The notes below the pieces were generated by a model that ran no database searches, was not told the origin of the DNA, and worked only from the letters and a program-made list of their open reading frames with translations. DNA of 64,000 nt, from contig CM052832.1 in assembly GCA_028534125.1 (NCBI GenBank), forward strand, positions 13,084,001 through 13,148,000, written 5' to 3'. This document shows positions 12,393 through 25,725 of the stretch, piece by piece; within the stretch, counting starts at the first letter, position 1; every line of letters starts with the position of its first letter. Origin of the DNA: Lama glama (Eukaryota). The position numbers and the translations under genes are program-made.

Positions 12393-13035
12393 GCAACTTG
12401 ATCTGTAGATTCAATGCAATCTCGATCAAAATTCCAGCAAGTTATTTTGTGGATATGGACAAACTGATTGTAAGGTTTATATGGAAAGGCAAAGGACCCA
12501 GAATTGCCGACTCAATATTGGAGAATAGAGAACTGACACCACCTGACTTCAAGACTTACTATAAAGCTACGGTAATCAAAACAATGTGGTATTAGCAAAA
12601 AGAATAGACAAAAGACCAGTACAGCAGAGTAGAGAGCCCAGAAATAGATCCACATAAATATGGCCAACCGACCTTTGACAAAGAGCAAAGGCAATACAAT
12701 GAGGCAAAGATAGTGTTTTCAACAAATGGTGCTGAAACAACTGGACATCCACGTGCAAAAAAATGAATCTAGACCCAGACTTTACACTGTTCATAAAAAT
12801 TAACTCAAAATGGATCATAGACCTAAATGTAAAATGCAAACTTGTGAAACTCTTTGAAGATAATATAGGTGAGGTAGGGAGGGTCTAGCTCAATAGTAGA
12901 GCCTATTCTTAGCATGCAGAGGTCCTGGGTTCAATCCCCAGTAACTCCTCTAAAAATAAATAAAAAAACCAAATTATATAGGCATTCTCTGTATTTTGCT
13001 CAATTTTGCTATGAACCTAAAACTGCTCTTAAAAA
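12393..13035 (+). mobile_element. L1 ORF2 fragment plus 3' tail, interrupted by a SINE
   Basis: ORF 12398-12595 (ICRFNAISIKIP...PDFKTYYKATVIKTMWY) is degenerate L1 ORF2p. TSD aaaagcaacctggat / aaaaccagcctggat. Confidence 0.8.
12873..12970 (+). mobile_element. tRNA-derived SINE, same family as 3983-4108
   Basis: gggagggtctagctcaatagtagagc...gaggtcctgggttcaatcccca followed by an A-rich tail. Confidence 0.8.
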
Positions 13036-15008
13036 AAAACCAGCCTGGATATTTCCAGGAATTATAGATGGCCCAGTAGAGGTGGGGCACAGTAGATGAG
13101 GAAGGGAAGCAAAGGGAAGAAGTAGAATGAGGCTGGAGGGGCAGCCAGGACTTCTTATTCTGTGGGTAGTGGAGAGCCATTGAGAAGCGCTGAGCGAGGA
13201 AATGAGGTGACCTGTGTTTTGGAAAGATCGTTGTGGCAGCTATGTGTATGGTGAACTGGGATGGCAGACACGCATAAGAAACGAATTGCAATTACTGGCA
13301 GAGTCCAGGCGTGAAACATCACGTTTCTGAACTGGGCAGCAGCAATGGGGCTAGACCTGTGACAAGGAGGCAGAACTCTCCAGAGCTTGGTCCTGATCAG
13401 AAGTAGAGGCTGAGAGGAAAGACAGGAGCCCTCTGAGGCTGCATGGTTGTTGTGGACACGGTGAATTAGAGGTGCGTTGGGAGAGAACTAATGGAGATGA
13501 GCTCCTGACACTTGGATTTATACGACGAGAACTCAGGTGAGAAGTGGCCCAGCCATGGAGGTTGGAAGTGACTTGCCCACGGGTGAAAGGTAAAGCACAG
13601 AGTTGAGATCTCTCCCGGGGAATAAGAAAAGAGGAAACCCAAGGGCAGACTGGTAGGGGAGACCAATGTTTCAGAGATGGCAGAAGATCCTACAAAGGAG
13701 ACAAGTGGCAGGAGGAGGTTCAGGAGGGAAGTAGTGAGTCTCACAGAAGCCAAGGGAGGGAGATGTTTTCCACAGGTCAGTGTCAAGTGCTAGAAAGGAG
13801 CTGAGAAAGGAAGGGACTGAACACAGGTGTCTCTGCTACCTTTTTACATGGAATCCAGCCCTTACTTTTTTTTTTTTTTTGGTTGAAGTCCAGTTTTTAA
13901 GCAGGTGAATGAATAAGTACTGTGGAATGGGATGATTTTTCAATTTTTGAAGAATATACATTAGAGTTGGAGCAAACAAGAATGTATATTTTACATTCTA
14001 TACAAACAAATATTTTAAAAATTAATAGTAGATTTCTTGACTTACATTCCGAATAACCTTTTAACAGGATCAATAAGAGAGAACAGTTGAATAAATGATG
14101 GTATATTCATACCATGGAATATAAGCCATTAAAAAGAAGGGATCAGAGAGCTATGCTAGCTGACTTCAAGAGAACTGTACGGGGTATTGAGTAAGAAAAA
14201 TAAGAAACATCAAGTGCCTGCAATATGATCCCATTTTTGACAAAGCAACGACAAAAATCTTATGATTTCTGATTATGATTAGGGAGCATGGAGGAAACCG
14301 TGGAAAGACACACGGCCGGGCATGACTTCGTATACGTTACATTTACCTGACCAGGGTAAGGTGGGGGAGAGGGAAAAGGGTGCAGGAAGTAAAGGAGAAA
14401 ATAAAACAGGACACTAAAAACTATATAAACTTCCATATTTATGCATTTATATAAAACTGTGCATATATAGAAATTACCCCCCAAAATATGAACACACAAA
14501 AATGCCTTAACTCAAATCAAATCTGTATTTAGTGACTTGAGTGCTGAAAGTGGCCCTGATCTGGTGGCAGTGGGGGTGAGCCAGCAAGGGGGCCTGGCTG
14601 TCCTCCTCCAAGGACCAAGGACTTCAACAGGTGAGGTGACACTGGAGGGCACCTGGGCCACGTGTAGCCGGATGGGAGAAGGAAAAAGGCATCGAGGGTC
14701 TCATTTGAATTTAGGGCCAAGTGCAGGGACGAGGCAGGGGTGGGTGGTATTAATAGGAGGACTGAAATTTGAGAATTTATGGGAACAGCAGATCAGAAGC
14801 CAAAGTGGGCAAAGGGCTGGAATGGGGATAAAAGAAGTCTGTTAACACAAGCCAGCACAAAGCTGAGTGGGATGTCAGACAGGACCAAGGCCGGCACGGA
14901 CAGGTGACTGGGAGGCCCACAGGAGAGCCCTCAGTTACGGAAGAGAAAACTGAAAACCAAACCATGACATCAAGTACAGGAAAGTTCTTATCAACCAACA
15001 TACACACT

Positions 15009-15014
15009 TTTAAT
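15009..15014 (-). terminator. C6orf89: Distal polyadenylation signal ATTAAA of C6orf89
   Basis: ATTAAA with UGUA motifs upstream (e.g. atgtatgtaaat, tatgtaacag) and downstream gtcatggtttggttttcagttttct. Confidence 0.55.
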
Positions 15015-18000
15015 TGCAAAAGGTAAAAATTCTGTTACATAAAACTTTGATTTACATACATTCTTTACAAGTTTGCAGACCATTAAGTTATTCTACACTG
15101 AACACAAAGTAACAGCTTTTAGACCATTTGGAGCACTTGTGGATGGACTGATGTCCGCCTCCCTCTGCTTACTGGGACCACACAGGATCACAACCCTGGT
15201 TCCCACTGCAGCCGTCCCGGCTCCCGTCCCTGCTGATGGCGGGGAAGAGGCTGAGCACCGAGTTCCTGCTTACCTCTGCCTCTCCAGTCTTCTCCCCCAG
15301 CCTAGGTGTCTGTTACTAACCCTTCCACAGGAGGGAGGAGGAAGAGACCACAGGCAGCATTTTTCTGAGGGTGCAACTATGGAAAGAAGTTTGGAGGGAA
15401 AGTCGCCTACGATGAGGCTAAGGGTTCTCTGGGAATGCCACACGTCTATTAATTCCTGTCATCAATTCTCATAGATAAGTGAGAGTTTGTTCCTGAAAAG
15501 AGGGGTTGAAGTTTGAAGGCTGGGACACTGCTGAGCTGTGAGTAAAGGTGGCTTCACAGGTTGACCTCACCTACCCCACAGAGCTGTTATGAGGAACAGA
15601 GGTAAGTTAAGCCTGGCACAAAGCTGATGTCCCAACACCACAATTTCTGCTTGAAACTCAAAACTAAACTGGTTTCCCTTCTCTGCACGGGTGCTTGCAG
15701 CTGTGGCTCACTCTTGGATTGACGCCGGCTGACTGACAGACACACTAAGGCAGGAGGAATGGCCTGTGGGAAGCCTCAGAATGTCTGGACAGTTCCAGCC
15801 GCTGCTTGGAGTTACATAACATTTCTTCTCTCCACTATTTTGAAAAGGTCTGGACATTTCATGGTCTCCAGAGAGGGGAAAATGACAGATGTATTTAGCT
15901 CTAATGCTTAAATTATGCAAGGCAAGGAAACCAGACACTAAAAGACCTGGACAACAGACAAGCTGGCTGGAGGGTTTTTCACCAAGGCCAGCACTTAAAG
16001 CCACACCATGCCCAGGGTGGGGGGACTTGGATGTGGTGCATGAAGGCAGAGCACCTGCCCATCTTGTCTGAGATGCTTTTGTGGAAGAAGCTGCTAGATA
16101 TGGGGAGAGTCGGAGTGAGGAGGCTGGGGATACACATAGCATGTTCCCAGAGCCTCCCATTTTTCATTTGTGACAGGGCTCTTCATAAGCACTCCTGGCC
16201 CTGACACCTGTCAGCTCTGTACACAGTATCTGCAGGTCCAAACATGGAGAGAATCTCAAATCAAAATGCTATTTTAAAGCACATCTCTGGCACTCCCTTC
16301 CTTCAACCAATTTTAGTGGGTGAAAAGTTAAAAAGTGAAAGTTAGTGAGTGTGGAACTTGTAACTCTGGAGGGTTTTTCCTCCAATAATAGGAGAACTCA
16401 GAAGCCTAAATAATTCCTGTTTGATAACTGATTCTCAAAAGGTAGACAAGATCGTCTTTCTCCGTGCAACCAGACTTCCCTTTCTCCTACAACTTGGCCT
16501 TCTACTGGGCAAGAATTAGATGAGAAGCAAACATCTGCTTTGGGGTTTGAATTCTGAGAAAACTTTCATCTAGATTATATTAAAATGACTGAGGCCATCA
16601 CCTGCAGCTAAGGAACTGTTATGTTTTAAAGTAATTGTTCCTACACTGAGGCCTATGCTGGGTTTTGGAAGAAGGGAATAGAAAATCCATAACTGAAAAA
16701 ACAAGTGATGTAAACTCCAAGGGGACCCACAAGTGGAATTAGGCAGAGTCCTTCTTCTGGTCACACGTCTGGAAACATGTGGTGACGGGAAAATGGCTGA
16801 ACATAGTTGTGTTCCAGCCACACTCACTCTTAAACAGAGTTCTCAGATGGGGAGGGAAAAAGTGAAAGGCTTTATATAAAAGTCATCTGTTAGATTCTCT
16901 CCATTTCTGTCCAAAACAGTTTTGAAAACACACCCTGAAGAGTTCCTGGCTTGGTGACCCTTGTCCCCAGATTCTCCTACCCCAGCTGAAGCACGCCTGG
17001 CTCAATTAAAGCCGTATCTTCATTCTTGGGCACCACACTGTCCCGGAGCAGGAAAATAACGCGCTGGGGAACCAGCTGTCTACCGGCCAGCAGTTAGCTG
17101 TTCTAAGCCCTGGTTTCTTTACTTGTAAAATGAAGATATAACTGTTTTACAGGACTGAGAAAAGATTAAAGGAGATCATGTATATTCAAGACACTCTAAG
17201 TTGGAATGAGTTGGACAAATGCTGCTATTTCTCTCAGAAAATGAGCCCGAATTTGTCTGCTTCATAGACTGTTTCGTATTTCACCAAATAGGCAGATTCT
17301 GTTTCCATAAACCATTATTACTTCACTCTCTCCCTTCCCTACTTCTTTTCATAAGCCAGGATAGGTGTTGTGTCTGTCCAATCCCTCACTCCTGGGGACC
17401 TCAGGACATCTGGACATAATGCTTCAAATTGGTGCCAAAGCAGCCCTTCTCCCTAGAGGGCTAGGGACATAAGTCTTCGGGGACATGAGTCTCTGCTCTG
17501 GGAATCTAAAAGAAAGGGAACCTAACCCATGTGCAGAGGTCACCGCCTTGTTATCTCTTAGTAAACATGCAACAAACTTGTAAGCAAGTCCCTCTGTTTA
17601 AAGTAAGCCCTGTGGTTTTGTTCTCACTGTGGTGGTAGAGGTGGGGAGTTGCTCAGATGGTCCCACCAGCCCCCTGATCCTGCTTCCTCATCTTGATGAT
17701 CCTCTTTTCCATACTGGGGTCATGCAAAGGGACTTTTGCTGCTTCCATGAAGGAGGTGAGAGCTAGGAGAGCAGGGGAAACCCCAAGACACCCTCACACA
17801 AAGCCTTGGATAACCAGAAAGGAACTGGCTGGCAACCCCAAGCTATTTCTGTAGGACTGGTCAGTGTAGATTCTGCTTTTCAGAACTGCCTTGAGACGAA
17901 GGTGAATTACTTCTCTGTATCCAGTAATTAAGAGCAGAAAACTCTCTGTGGAGAATTTCTCCCCTAATATAAATCTACATTCAATTCTGAACTGGACAGC

Positions 18001-18061
18001 TTTTAAGTAAAACGAGTAATATACGAACAAAAGTCTCTACTTCTCTGCTGCCACACCATTC

Positions 18062-18067
18062 TTTATT
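18062..18067 (-). terminator. C6orf89: Candidate proximal polyadenylation signal AATAAA in the C6orf89 3'UTR
   Basis: AATAAA ~2 kb after the stop codon, followed ~30 nt later by a U/GU-rich element (cttttgttcgtatatt). Confidence 0.4.
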
Positions 18068-20093
18068 GAACTGTAGACAGTCAGGGGACCTCCCAGAGGA
18101 TGCCTCAGAACACCACACATACAAGGGTTTTTCAGTTTTGAGCAGAAGAGGATATTTTATGAAAATTTAAGGTGTGATCAGCCAGAGTGAAATGGGTAAG
18201 GAACACAGAGTAATTCATAAAAATAAAACAGAAATTCAACTGTCAAAACAGTTGCTTTGCTCCTAAGGAACCCTCTCTTCCGTTAACCCAAAGGGCCTAA
18301 TTTAAGAAAACTCTGAGAGGCCTCTAAAGAACTTGTTTACCTATAATCCTGCCCCTTGTGCAGCAGGCGTAAGGACACCGCAAAGGCTCTAAAAGCTTGC
18401 ACAAAGCTGGCCTCTAAATGATCCCTCTGATTTAAAACCTCTTAAATCATAACTGCTTAGCAGCATGACTTTTATGTGTACAAAAAATTTTGTTTTTCCT
18501 GTATTAATTCACATAAGGCGCTGATTCTTTTAAGGAAAAATTCCCTCAGATACAGTCCATCCTAGTTTCATTCAAGCCAGCGGAGGAGGCTCTGAGCACT
18601 TCCACCCTGAGCTCTGTGAACCCTCCTTGCCCATTCAAGCATCTGATAATCCCCGCGGTTGCTCATGAGATGTGCAGAGGAACAGGGCCTAGGGGACAAG
18701 CTGCAGGGCCACCTCCAAGGATGAAGAGGACTCTGCAAAGAGTCACCACCTCTTCCCACACCACTGTCTGCCTCTGGCCTGTAACTTGACACAGACACGT
18801 CCTGTATCTATTTGATTTTTGCAGTGCTGAACCAGGAGCTGTAGTGTGCTTTGTTTCTTCTTCAACTTGGTGATGGCATGACCAGAAGCCAGATATCTAA
18901 CAGAGTCAATAAAGGAATAATAAAGGAAAAAAGGAAACAAGAGAAGTGTCCTTATTTACACACTTCAGACATGCAAAAAGCACTTGGGGAAAACGATGAG
19001 CATAGTGAACCATCCAATCAAAAGAACACAGTTTCATATTTTCACAAGAAACAAAAACACCTCACCTTGTTTCCCAGTACAGAGAGAGAGATCATTTTGA
19101 GACAGAGGATCACACAGTCGCACACCCAGCTGGCCAAGACTTTGGGTCTGGAGCTCCTTCCCCAACCACATTACAACATCGACTTGACACATCTGTAAAA
19201 CATCTTCCCTGCAGAAAGTCGGACCCTAAAGATCAAACTCGGGGAGGCACCCTGTCCCCAGGCCAGCACTCTAACTCATCCCCCTCTGAAGACATTTGGT
19301 AAAAGCAACACAGTTGACAAGAGCAGTGCTGCCTCAGCTGTAAAGGGCTCTGGCCCAGCCAAGGGAGGGGGGCCAGGAGCCCAACTTCTGAGAACCCATC
19401 CAGATAGGCGAGGGAGAAGGCAAAGGAGGGGTGTGTGCATAAGAACTTAATAGAATGGAGAAAAATATTACCTTAGGAATTACCATTTCAATTACAATCC
19501 TACTCCGACCTGGCATCTCTGAGACTCCAAGAGCCACGGACACTGGGAAAGAAGTGCACTTCTTGAGTGCAATTTGAAGTTATTTGATCTTTTTTCACTG
19601 GTTCTAGATTCCATTCTGTGTGGGAAATCTCTGACTTCTTTAATCATCCATGGCTTTCCAAAAAAAGTACAGGGTGGTTTGACCAGAAAGACAGGACAGG
19701 CAGGTCCACTTGGTTGAGGATGGCTTTGTTGACTGTCCTCTCATCACCAGGGAGCCAGCAGAGGGGATCATGCCATGCAAGTGAGGGAATGTACCGACAC
19801 TGCTCCCTTCCTGAAGGGCAGCCTTAAGGCTTTGGTGCCAAAAGGCCTGGAAGAGGTCAGTCTCTCACAGACAGGAATTGGCAGTCCTGGCCAAGCAGCT
19901 GGGCTGGAAGAGTTGGAAGGGCTGTGCTCTGGCCTTTGCCTCCAGCACACAGCTGGCTCATACACACATGCACAGGGCAGGTAACTAAGTAACCAACCCC
20001 TGGAAAGTGGTTTCACGGTTTTTTTGTTTTTATTTCTCCCATTTCAATCTGGTCTTCAGCTCTCAAAGCTCTTCCTCTATAAAGTTCTGTTTC

Positions 20094-20188
20094 CTATAGT
20101 TCTGAAAGGGTGGTTCCATCGCAAATGACCAAAGGCTGGACCCCTCTGGCTATAATGTAGACCTTCCAGTGGGTGGCACCAGCATATC
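20094..20188 (-). CDS. C6orf89: C6orf89 last coding exon (stop TAG at 20094-20096)
   Basis: tttcccttcaag|(G)YAGATHWKVYIIARGVQPLVICDGTTLSEL*; 95 nt. The seven exons sum to 1047 nt = 348 aa plus stop. Confidence 0.93.
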
Positions 20189-22942
20189 CTTGAAGGGAAA
20201 CAAGAAAGCATGTGAATTTCAGGGACTGGGCACACCTGAGGGCACAAGCAAGGCAGGTCTGCCAGAGCTGCCCTCGGATTTACCCACAGACTCAGAGGTA
20301 ATTCTTGCTCGGGGGGTCTTTTAGCTCTTCCTGGCCTAAGTATCTTCAGTTATTATCAGTCTTCTCTGTAACCTGACATCCAATTGGGGCCACTATGAAC
20401 CAAAGTGCTTCATCACTACTCCTCACCTGGGTAACTGTGAATCATGATTCAGCAGGTTTACAAAGACAGGATACTCTAGATGAGGCTGGTATTGAGCATC
20501 ACTTCTCAGATTGATCTCACTTTTTTCAGCAAGAAGATAGGACGGGTTCTGGGGAGGCACTAGGACACCCTATACAACTCTCCTGAGGTTATCTATAATA
20601 TGGTCTCATTAGAGAACATTCAGGCTAAGCCAAACCACTATTTCCTAAATTGTATTCTGCAAACAGCAGTGCCCCATAAGACAGTCCAATAAAAATGGAT
20701 TCCCTGGTCAGGCAAATTTGAGAAACACTGGGTCCCTCCAAGGCCTTTCAGAGCCTTTTGTACACTAATGTGCACTGTGTTTTGACAAGACAGGCATTTT
20801 CCAAAGTCAGTAACTCAAGAGCCCTATTTGCTAAGGGTCTTTCTAAGGGGCTCCTGTTTGCTCCCCAGTGTCATATGTCATCTGAAGAATGAACTGGGAA
20901 ACACTGTGACCTGTATTACCTGAGTGACAGGAATAGGCTAGGAAGGTAAAGTTAAAAACTTTAATACTTCAGTAATGTCCTGATGGAGAATTTTCTAGAG
21001 AATGATATACACTACCCATCTTTAAACTGAGAGAGCACTGAACAGAATTTAACTTCTGCTTGGTGACTCCAGGAAGGTCACTATGACCGATGACTCTACA
21101 ATCATGGCAGATGTGTGGCTCACCAGCGTCAGCCTCTGGTGTCTGACACCCATGCCATTCTTGAAAACACCTCCCTTCACAGGTTTTCTGGTGATGTCTA
21201 ACTCTGTCCCCTTCCCCTCAACCTTCACAGGACAATAATTATTTTGTCAAAAAACACAGAACCTACTGGTCACAGTGTTATTCTTAAGGGTCTCTCAGGT
21301 GCAGGAGCTGCCATCTGTCCCACAACCACTAAATTATTATCCTCCCTCCAATCTCAGGCTCTGCTTTCCTGCCCTCATTTTTAACTGTGGCCATTGCTTC
21401 TACTTCTACCCCTGCTTCAAGTGCCCACTGTTCTCCCTGGCACCTCCTAGTCCTATTTTCTCCCAACTTGCCCTTTTCCTCACGTTCTATTCAGTCTCCA
21501 CACCTTCTTGACACTCCTGTCAAGTGCTGGCCTTTAAGGACACTGCCAACCACTGGGCTCCTTTCCTTCTGGTCAGCAAAGTGGGCAGTCACAGCACCAC
21601 GTGTATCCTGCTCTGGATTTTAGGCTATTCTGGACCAGCCACACCAGCCTTTGATGCGCAAAGCTTCTTTGATCATTGCCAGGCATCCATTTATTTTTCC
21701 TTTTCCCCTGATTCTATAATTAGCATCCTGGATGCTTGTGGAAGCTGAAAACCTGGAATTTGGAAAACTAAAGTGTTTCTGTAGTTGTCTGAACTGTCAG
21801 GCATTTGTACAACATATGACAGATACGTTTTCAAGCACAACTACACACTCCAAACCCACAGTGCCATACAGACTTGTGCAATAGTCATGTCTCCTGGAAG
21901 CGTCACTCCACTACAGGAAGACAGGTTCAGAATAACTTCCACACAAGAATCCTCTTTTGTGCAGTAATTCTCAAGGGCCAGGCCAGCTGTGTTCCATTAC
22001 TGGTTAATGCTTAATTTGTGCATTATTTTTATTTTCTTCATTTCTAAATGGAAATAGAAGTTATGTAACTTGGACGAAATTTTGGCAGTTTGCAGTCTGC
22101 ACCCTACCTCCAAATGAGGTGAGAGGTTTCCAGGGACTGGGGGCTTCTTGAATGGATAAAATTAAAAGAAATCAACTGGAAAACCAGTCTGGGTTCTGCC
22201 AGGGACTTCAAGGCTCCCCCAGGTTTTGTGAGGCAAGAAGAACGAGGGCAATGGTGATGCTTGCTGATTTATTTACTTCTGCCAAGAAAATTTTACTGTC
22301 AAATTGATTTCTACTGACAGCAATTGATTCAAACCTATTTCTTTGGAACGGATTTTTAGAATATGAGGCACAGAACAAGTCACAGTTGGGAAACCGTGGA
22401 GCCAAGGGTGAGTCATGACTGTGAAGCTGTGACTTGGCTGTGGGATCCACGTGAAAGGTAGTATTTCTTTGTGTGGCTGTTGCCTTTACATACTGCTTGC
22501 ATCGTTTTATTACCAAATGGGAACAGAAAGGGATTCCTGGAATCTGAATTTTGCCTCCTCTGGTTCAGCTCTGTTAAAGGAGACACTTATGACTGATGTT
22601 TTGCCTAACGGATGGTGGGACCTTGGGGTGGTCACCTCTCCTCTCTGGGTCTCAATCTCCTTATCTGGAAAATAAAAAATTACTCTAAATATTTTCCATA
22701 ATTCCTGCTAACGTGAAATCTCTAAGACCAACGGACACATGCATTGTAAATGTGCATACATTTCTCTTTGCTACATTTTCTTATTACTTGTCCCATTTAA
22801 GCATTAAGTGTTGATCCTGTTAATAAAAGAATGTTTTTTTTTTGACTCTACTCAATGAATCTCTGTGAAGGCAATATTCAATTTTTAGAATTTTTTTGAG
22901 TGATAAATTAAAAAGATCCTGCCCTCCGGAGGCCCCACCTAC

Positions 22943-23066
22943 CGATATCCCCTGGCTCTAGTGGCATTGCCACGGACTGGCAGTGTCTTCGGCACTGGAA
23001 GGGAGGGATGAGCTGCAACATGGCCTCGCCGCTGCCCATGGTAAACAGGTCATGCATCCTATGCAA
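22943..23066 (-). CDS. C6orf89: C6orf89 coding exon 6
   Basis: cctccag|LHRMHDLFTMGSGEAMLQLIPPFQCRRHCQSVAMPLEPGDI+G|gtaggt; 124 nt. Confidence 0.93.
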
Positions 23067-25595
23067 CTGGAGGTAAAAACAGGGGGGAAGAAAAGGAAGG
23101 AAAAGATAACAAGATAAAACCCAGGGATGTGGGAGATTAATACACAAAAATCCTTATACGTAAGGCTCTGAGTTTCCTAGCAGCCTAAGCAAGAGGAAGC
23201 AGAACCAATAACACAAGCACGATTATGTCCAAAAGACAAAAACAAACTAGTTTCTCCTAAGCATGGTGTCTCCTGGTACTGAGACAAGGGTAAAATTTCT
23301 CCTGCAATTTCTCCTAAAGAGACATTGTGTAGTTTCATAGGCAACATCCTCAGTACCAGCCCTGTGGCAGAAATGGCACGAGCTTCATAATTCACAATGA
23401 TTTCTAGCCATAGTTTCAAAGCAGGCCAAAGGCAAAATATCTAATTGTATTTTAACAAAAGTCTAGTAGAGGCCAACACATGATAGTCTAAGTATGCAAT
23501 CTTCTGAATGTCTGTTTTGATCCAGATAGATGGTCTGCATATCCTTTGGGCAATGTTCATGGAAAACTATTTCTTACTGCCAGGCTTCTGATGAAAATTG
23601 AACTGCAGCAAGTTTAATTTTACACTTTTGGGCAAGACTCAGGTGAGCAGGTACATCATGACACTGATTAAAAACTAATGGCAGTGAGATCAGCCTCTGA
23701 TTTTGAAAACCAAGGAGACAACCAGGATATACACCTGCACAGGTAATGATGGCACTTCTGAGGGCATGGCTACTGCCACCACCAGGCATTAAGTGCAGCC
23801 TGCTGTGTGCCAGGCAGAGCTGTGAACTCTGGGGTTGGGGTGGGGCAGGGAGTAGAGATAAAGGGAAAGGTTGGTCTTGCTCAGGCTTCTCTTCCTGTCC
23901 TAGATGGTGAGAGATAACCCCTAGGGCCTCCCCTTCCCTCCCCTCTTGCCCCCTCCTCCCAGCCCCTGCCCTTCAGGGAAATACTTTAGATGCCTTTATA
24001 AATCAGGAGTCAGGACCCCCTAGACCCCATCCTAGTTTTCTCTTCACCACTTGGGGCCTCCAGAGCCTTCTCCTGCACCCAACCTTGGTCTCTCTGCTGC
24101 TCCCACAGGCCCCAGCCATGACTCTGTGTCCACGAAAACACTAGAGTCATTTCAATTGCTGTTGTAGTGACAGGAGGACTAATGTCTTGAGCTGGCTGTG
24201 ACTGACAGAACTAATACTGGCAGAAGTCCTGACAACTGCAGTCTTGAAAAAAACCCCAAAATCAAAAACAAGCAGATGTATCTGTTTCATATAGGCCTGA
24301 GAGAGGGTGGGACCATGTTCCTCCACACCCAGGATGAGAAGAAACAAGACAACAGGATGGAATGGGACAGCCCTGGGCAACACTGTGGAGTGGGTAAAGC
24401 GGGCCTCAGAGCCCTTCACCTCTTCCCCCAGGGTCCCTCAACAATCCCCACTGCTTATCTTCTATTCCAAGGCTGCCTCTTGGGTCCTGGGCCCACAGAC
24501 ATGTGACTCTGCCAGGGTCCAGGGCCCAGGGATGTGGATAAAGGGTGGAGTAACAAGGCTGTGGAGAAAGGAGAGCTTGGGCCAGGGTGGGGAACAGATG
24601 CTCTAAGAAACCAGACTCCCAGGATTTTTGCCTATTTGGGCCACTCCCCTTCCCAAAACATCCTTGAGAACCACAACAAGATGACTCTGATAGACGTCTG
24701 AGGAACTTTGTATTTACCCCTTTGGCTGGGCTCCTTGGTGTCCCTGTTAAGCAGACTGGTGAAATTAATTTAAGATTCAAGTGGGAAAACCCAAGATAAA
24801 GGCCCTTGCCCAGAATTATATGATAATTACGAAGATGAAATCACATTAGGGCCTCGAGTTCTAGCTGAAGACAGCAGGATAAACGCCTTTAAAATCCGAG
24901 GCAGGAGCCCAGCACCTCCACCCTACAGCTGGCAGACAGAAGTTCTTACTTCTAGACAAAATGATTGTTTTTAAAGGCTTTGAAATTCTTTTAACACAAT
25001 TCAGCAAATTTGGAGCCAAACAATAGTCAGCAGGTTGAAGACATAACCCAGAGTTGGTAGGGGTCACAGTTCAGCAAGTTTAAATTTTTTACAAAGCAAA
25101 ATTCATCCTTTTAATTATTCCAAACCATCCAGGCTCAAAAACCTCCCTCAGGAATGAGACTCAAAAAAGAGCAATTGAGAGAAAAGTAAACAGACACAAA
25201 AACAAAGCAGCTTTGCCCAGTCCGCTGGCCCCAGAGACATAAATGTGGTCTCTGGGTACCTGGCCACAAACTAGGTGAGTAGCACTGCCACCCAAACTGG
25301 ACTGTCTGCCTTGGGCACGTGCCTGCCAGCTCTTCTGTCCCCAAACCTCTTCGTGCTCCCAAGCTTTTTGCTTTTCCAGTTCTCTGTCTGAGGTTTCTCA
25401 TTCGTTTATCTCTAGGAAAAGCCAACCTGGCAGTGGACAGTGGGGAGAGCCCTCCTATTAACTTGCTGAGTCCTTGGGCAAATCATTTAATCTCTCTGGG
25501 ACTCAGTTTCCTTAGCTATAAAATGAATAAGTTGGACCATTCATATGTAGTCTGCCTGCTTACTTCTTTGAGGTAGGGAAGTCAAAATTTCCTAC

Positions 25596-25725
25596 CTTAC
25601 TCCCCACAATAGGCTCTGGTTGAAAAAGGAAGCACTTTTTCAAGGAGGCTTCTTTTGGAAATGGCAGGTAGGTGAAAACAGGAAAAAGCTCACGTAAAAT
25701 GTGTGATCTGTTCAGAGGTCTTCTC
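25596..25725 (-). CDS. C6orf89: C6orf89 coding exon 5
   Basis: ttttacag|(W)RRPLNRSHILRELFPVFTYLPFPKEASLKKCFLFQPEPIVGSK|gtagga; 130 nt. Confidence 0.93.

Larger units (their letters stand above)
14990..20093 (-). other. C6orf89: Probable long (~5.1 kb) 3'UTR of C6orf89
   Basis: Repeat-poor unique sequence downstream of the stop codon, ending at ATTAAA (15009-15014) followed by a GU/U-rich tract on the minus strand. Confidence 0.6.
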
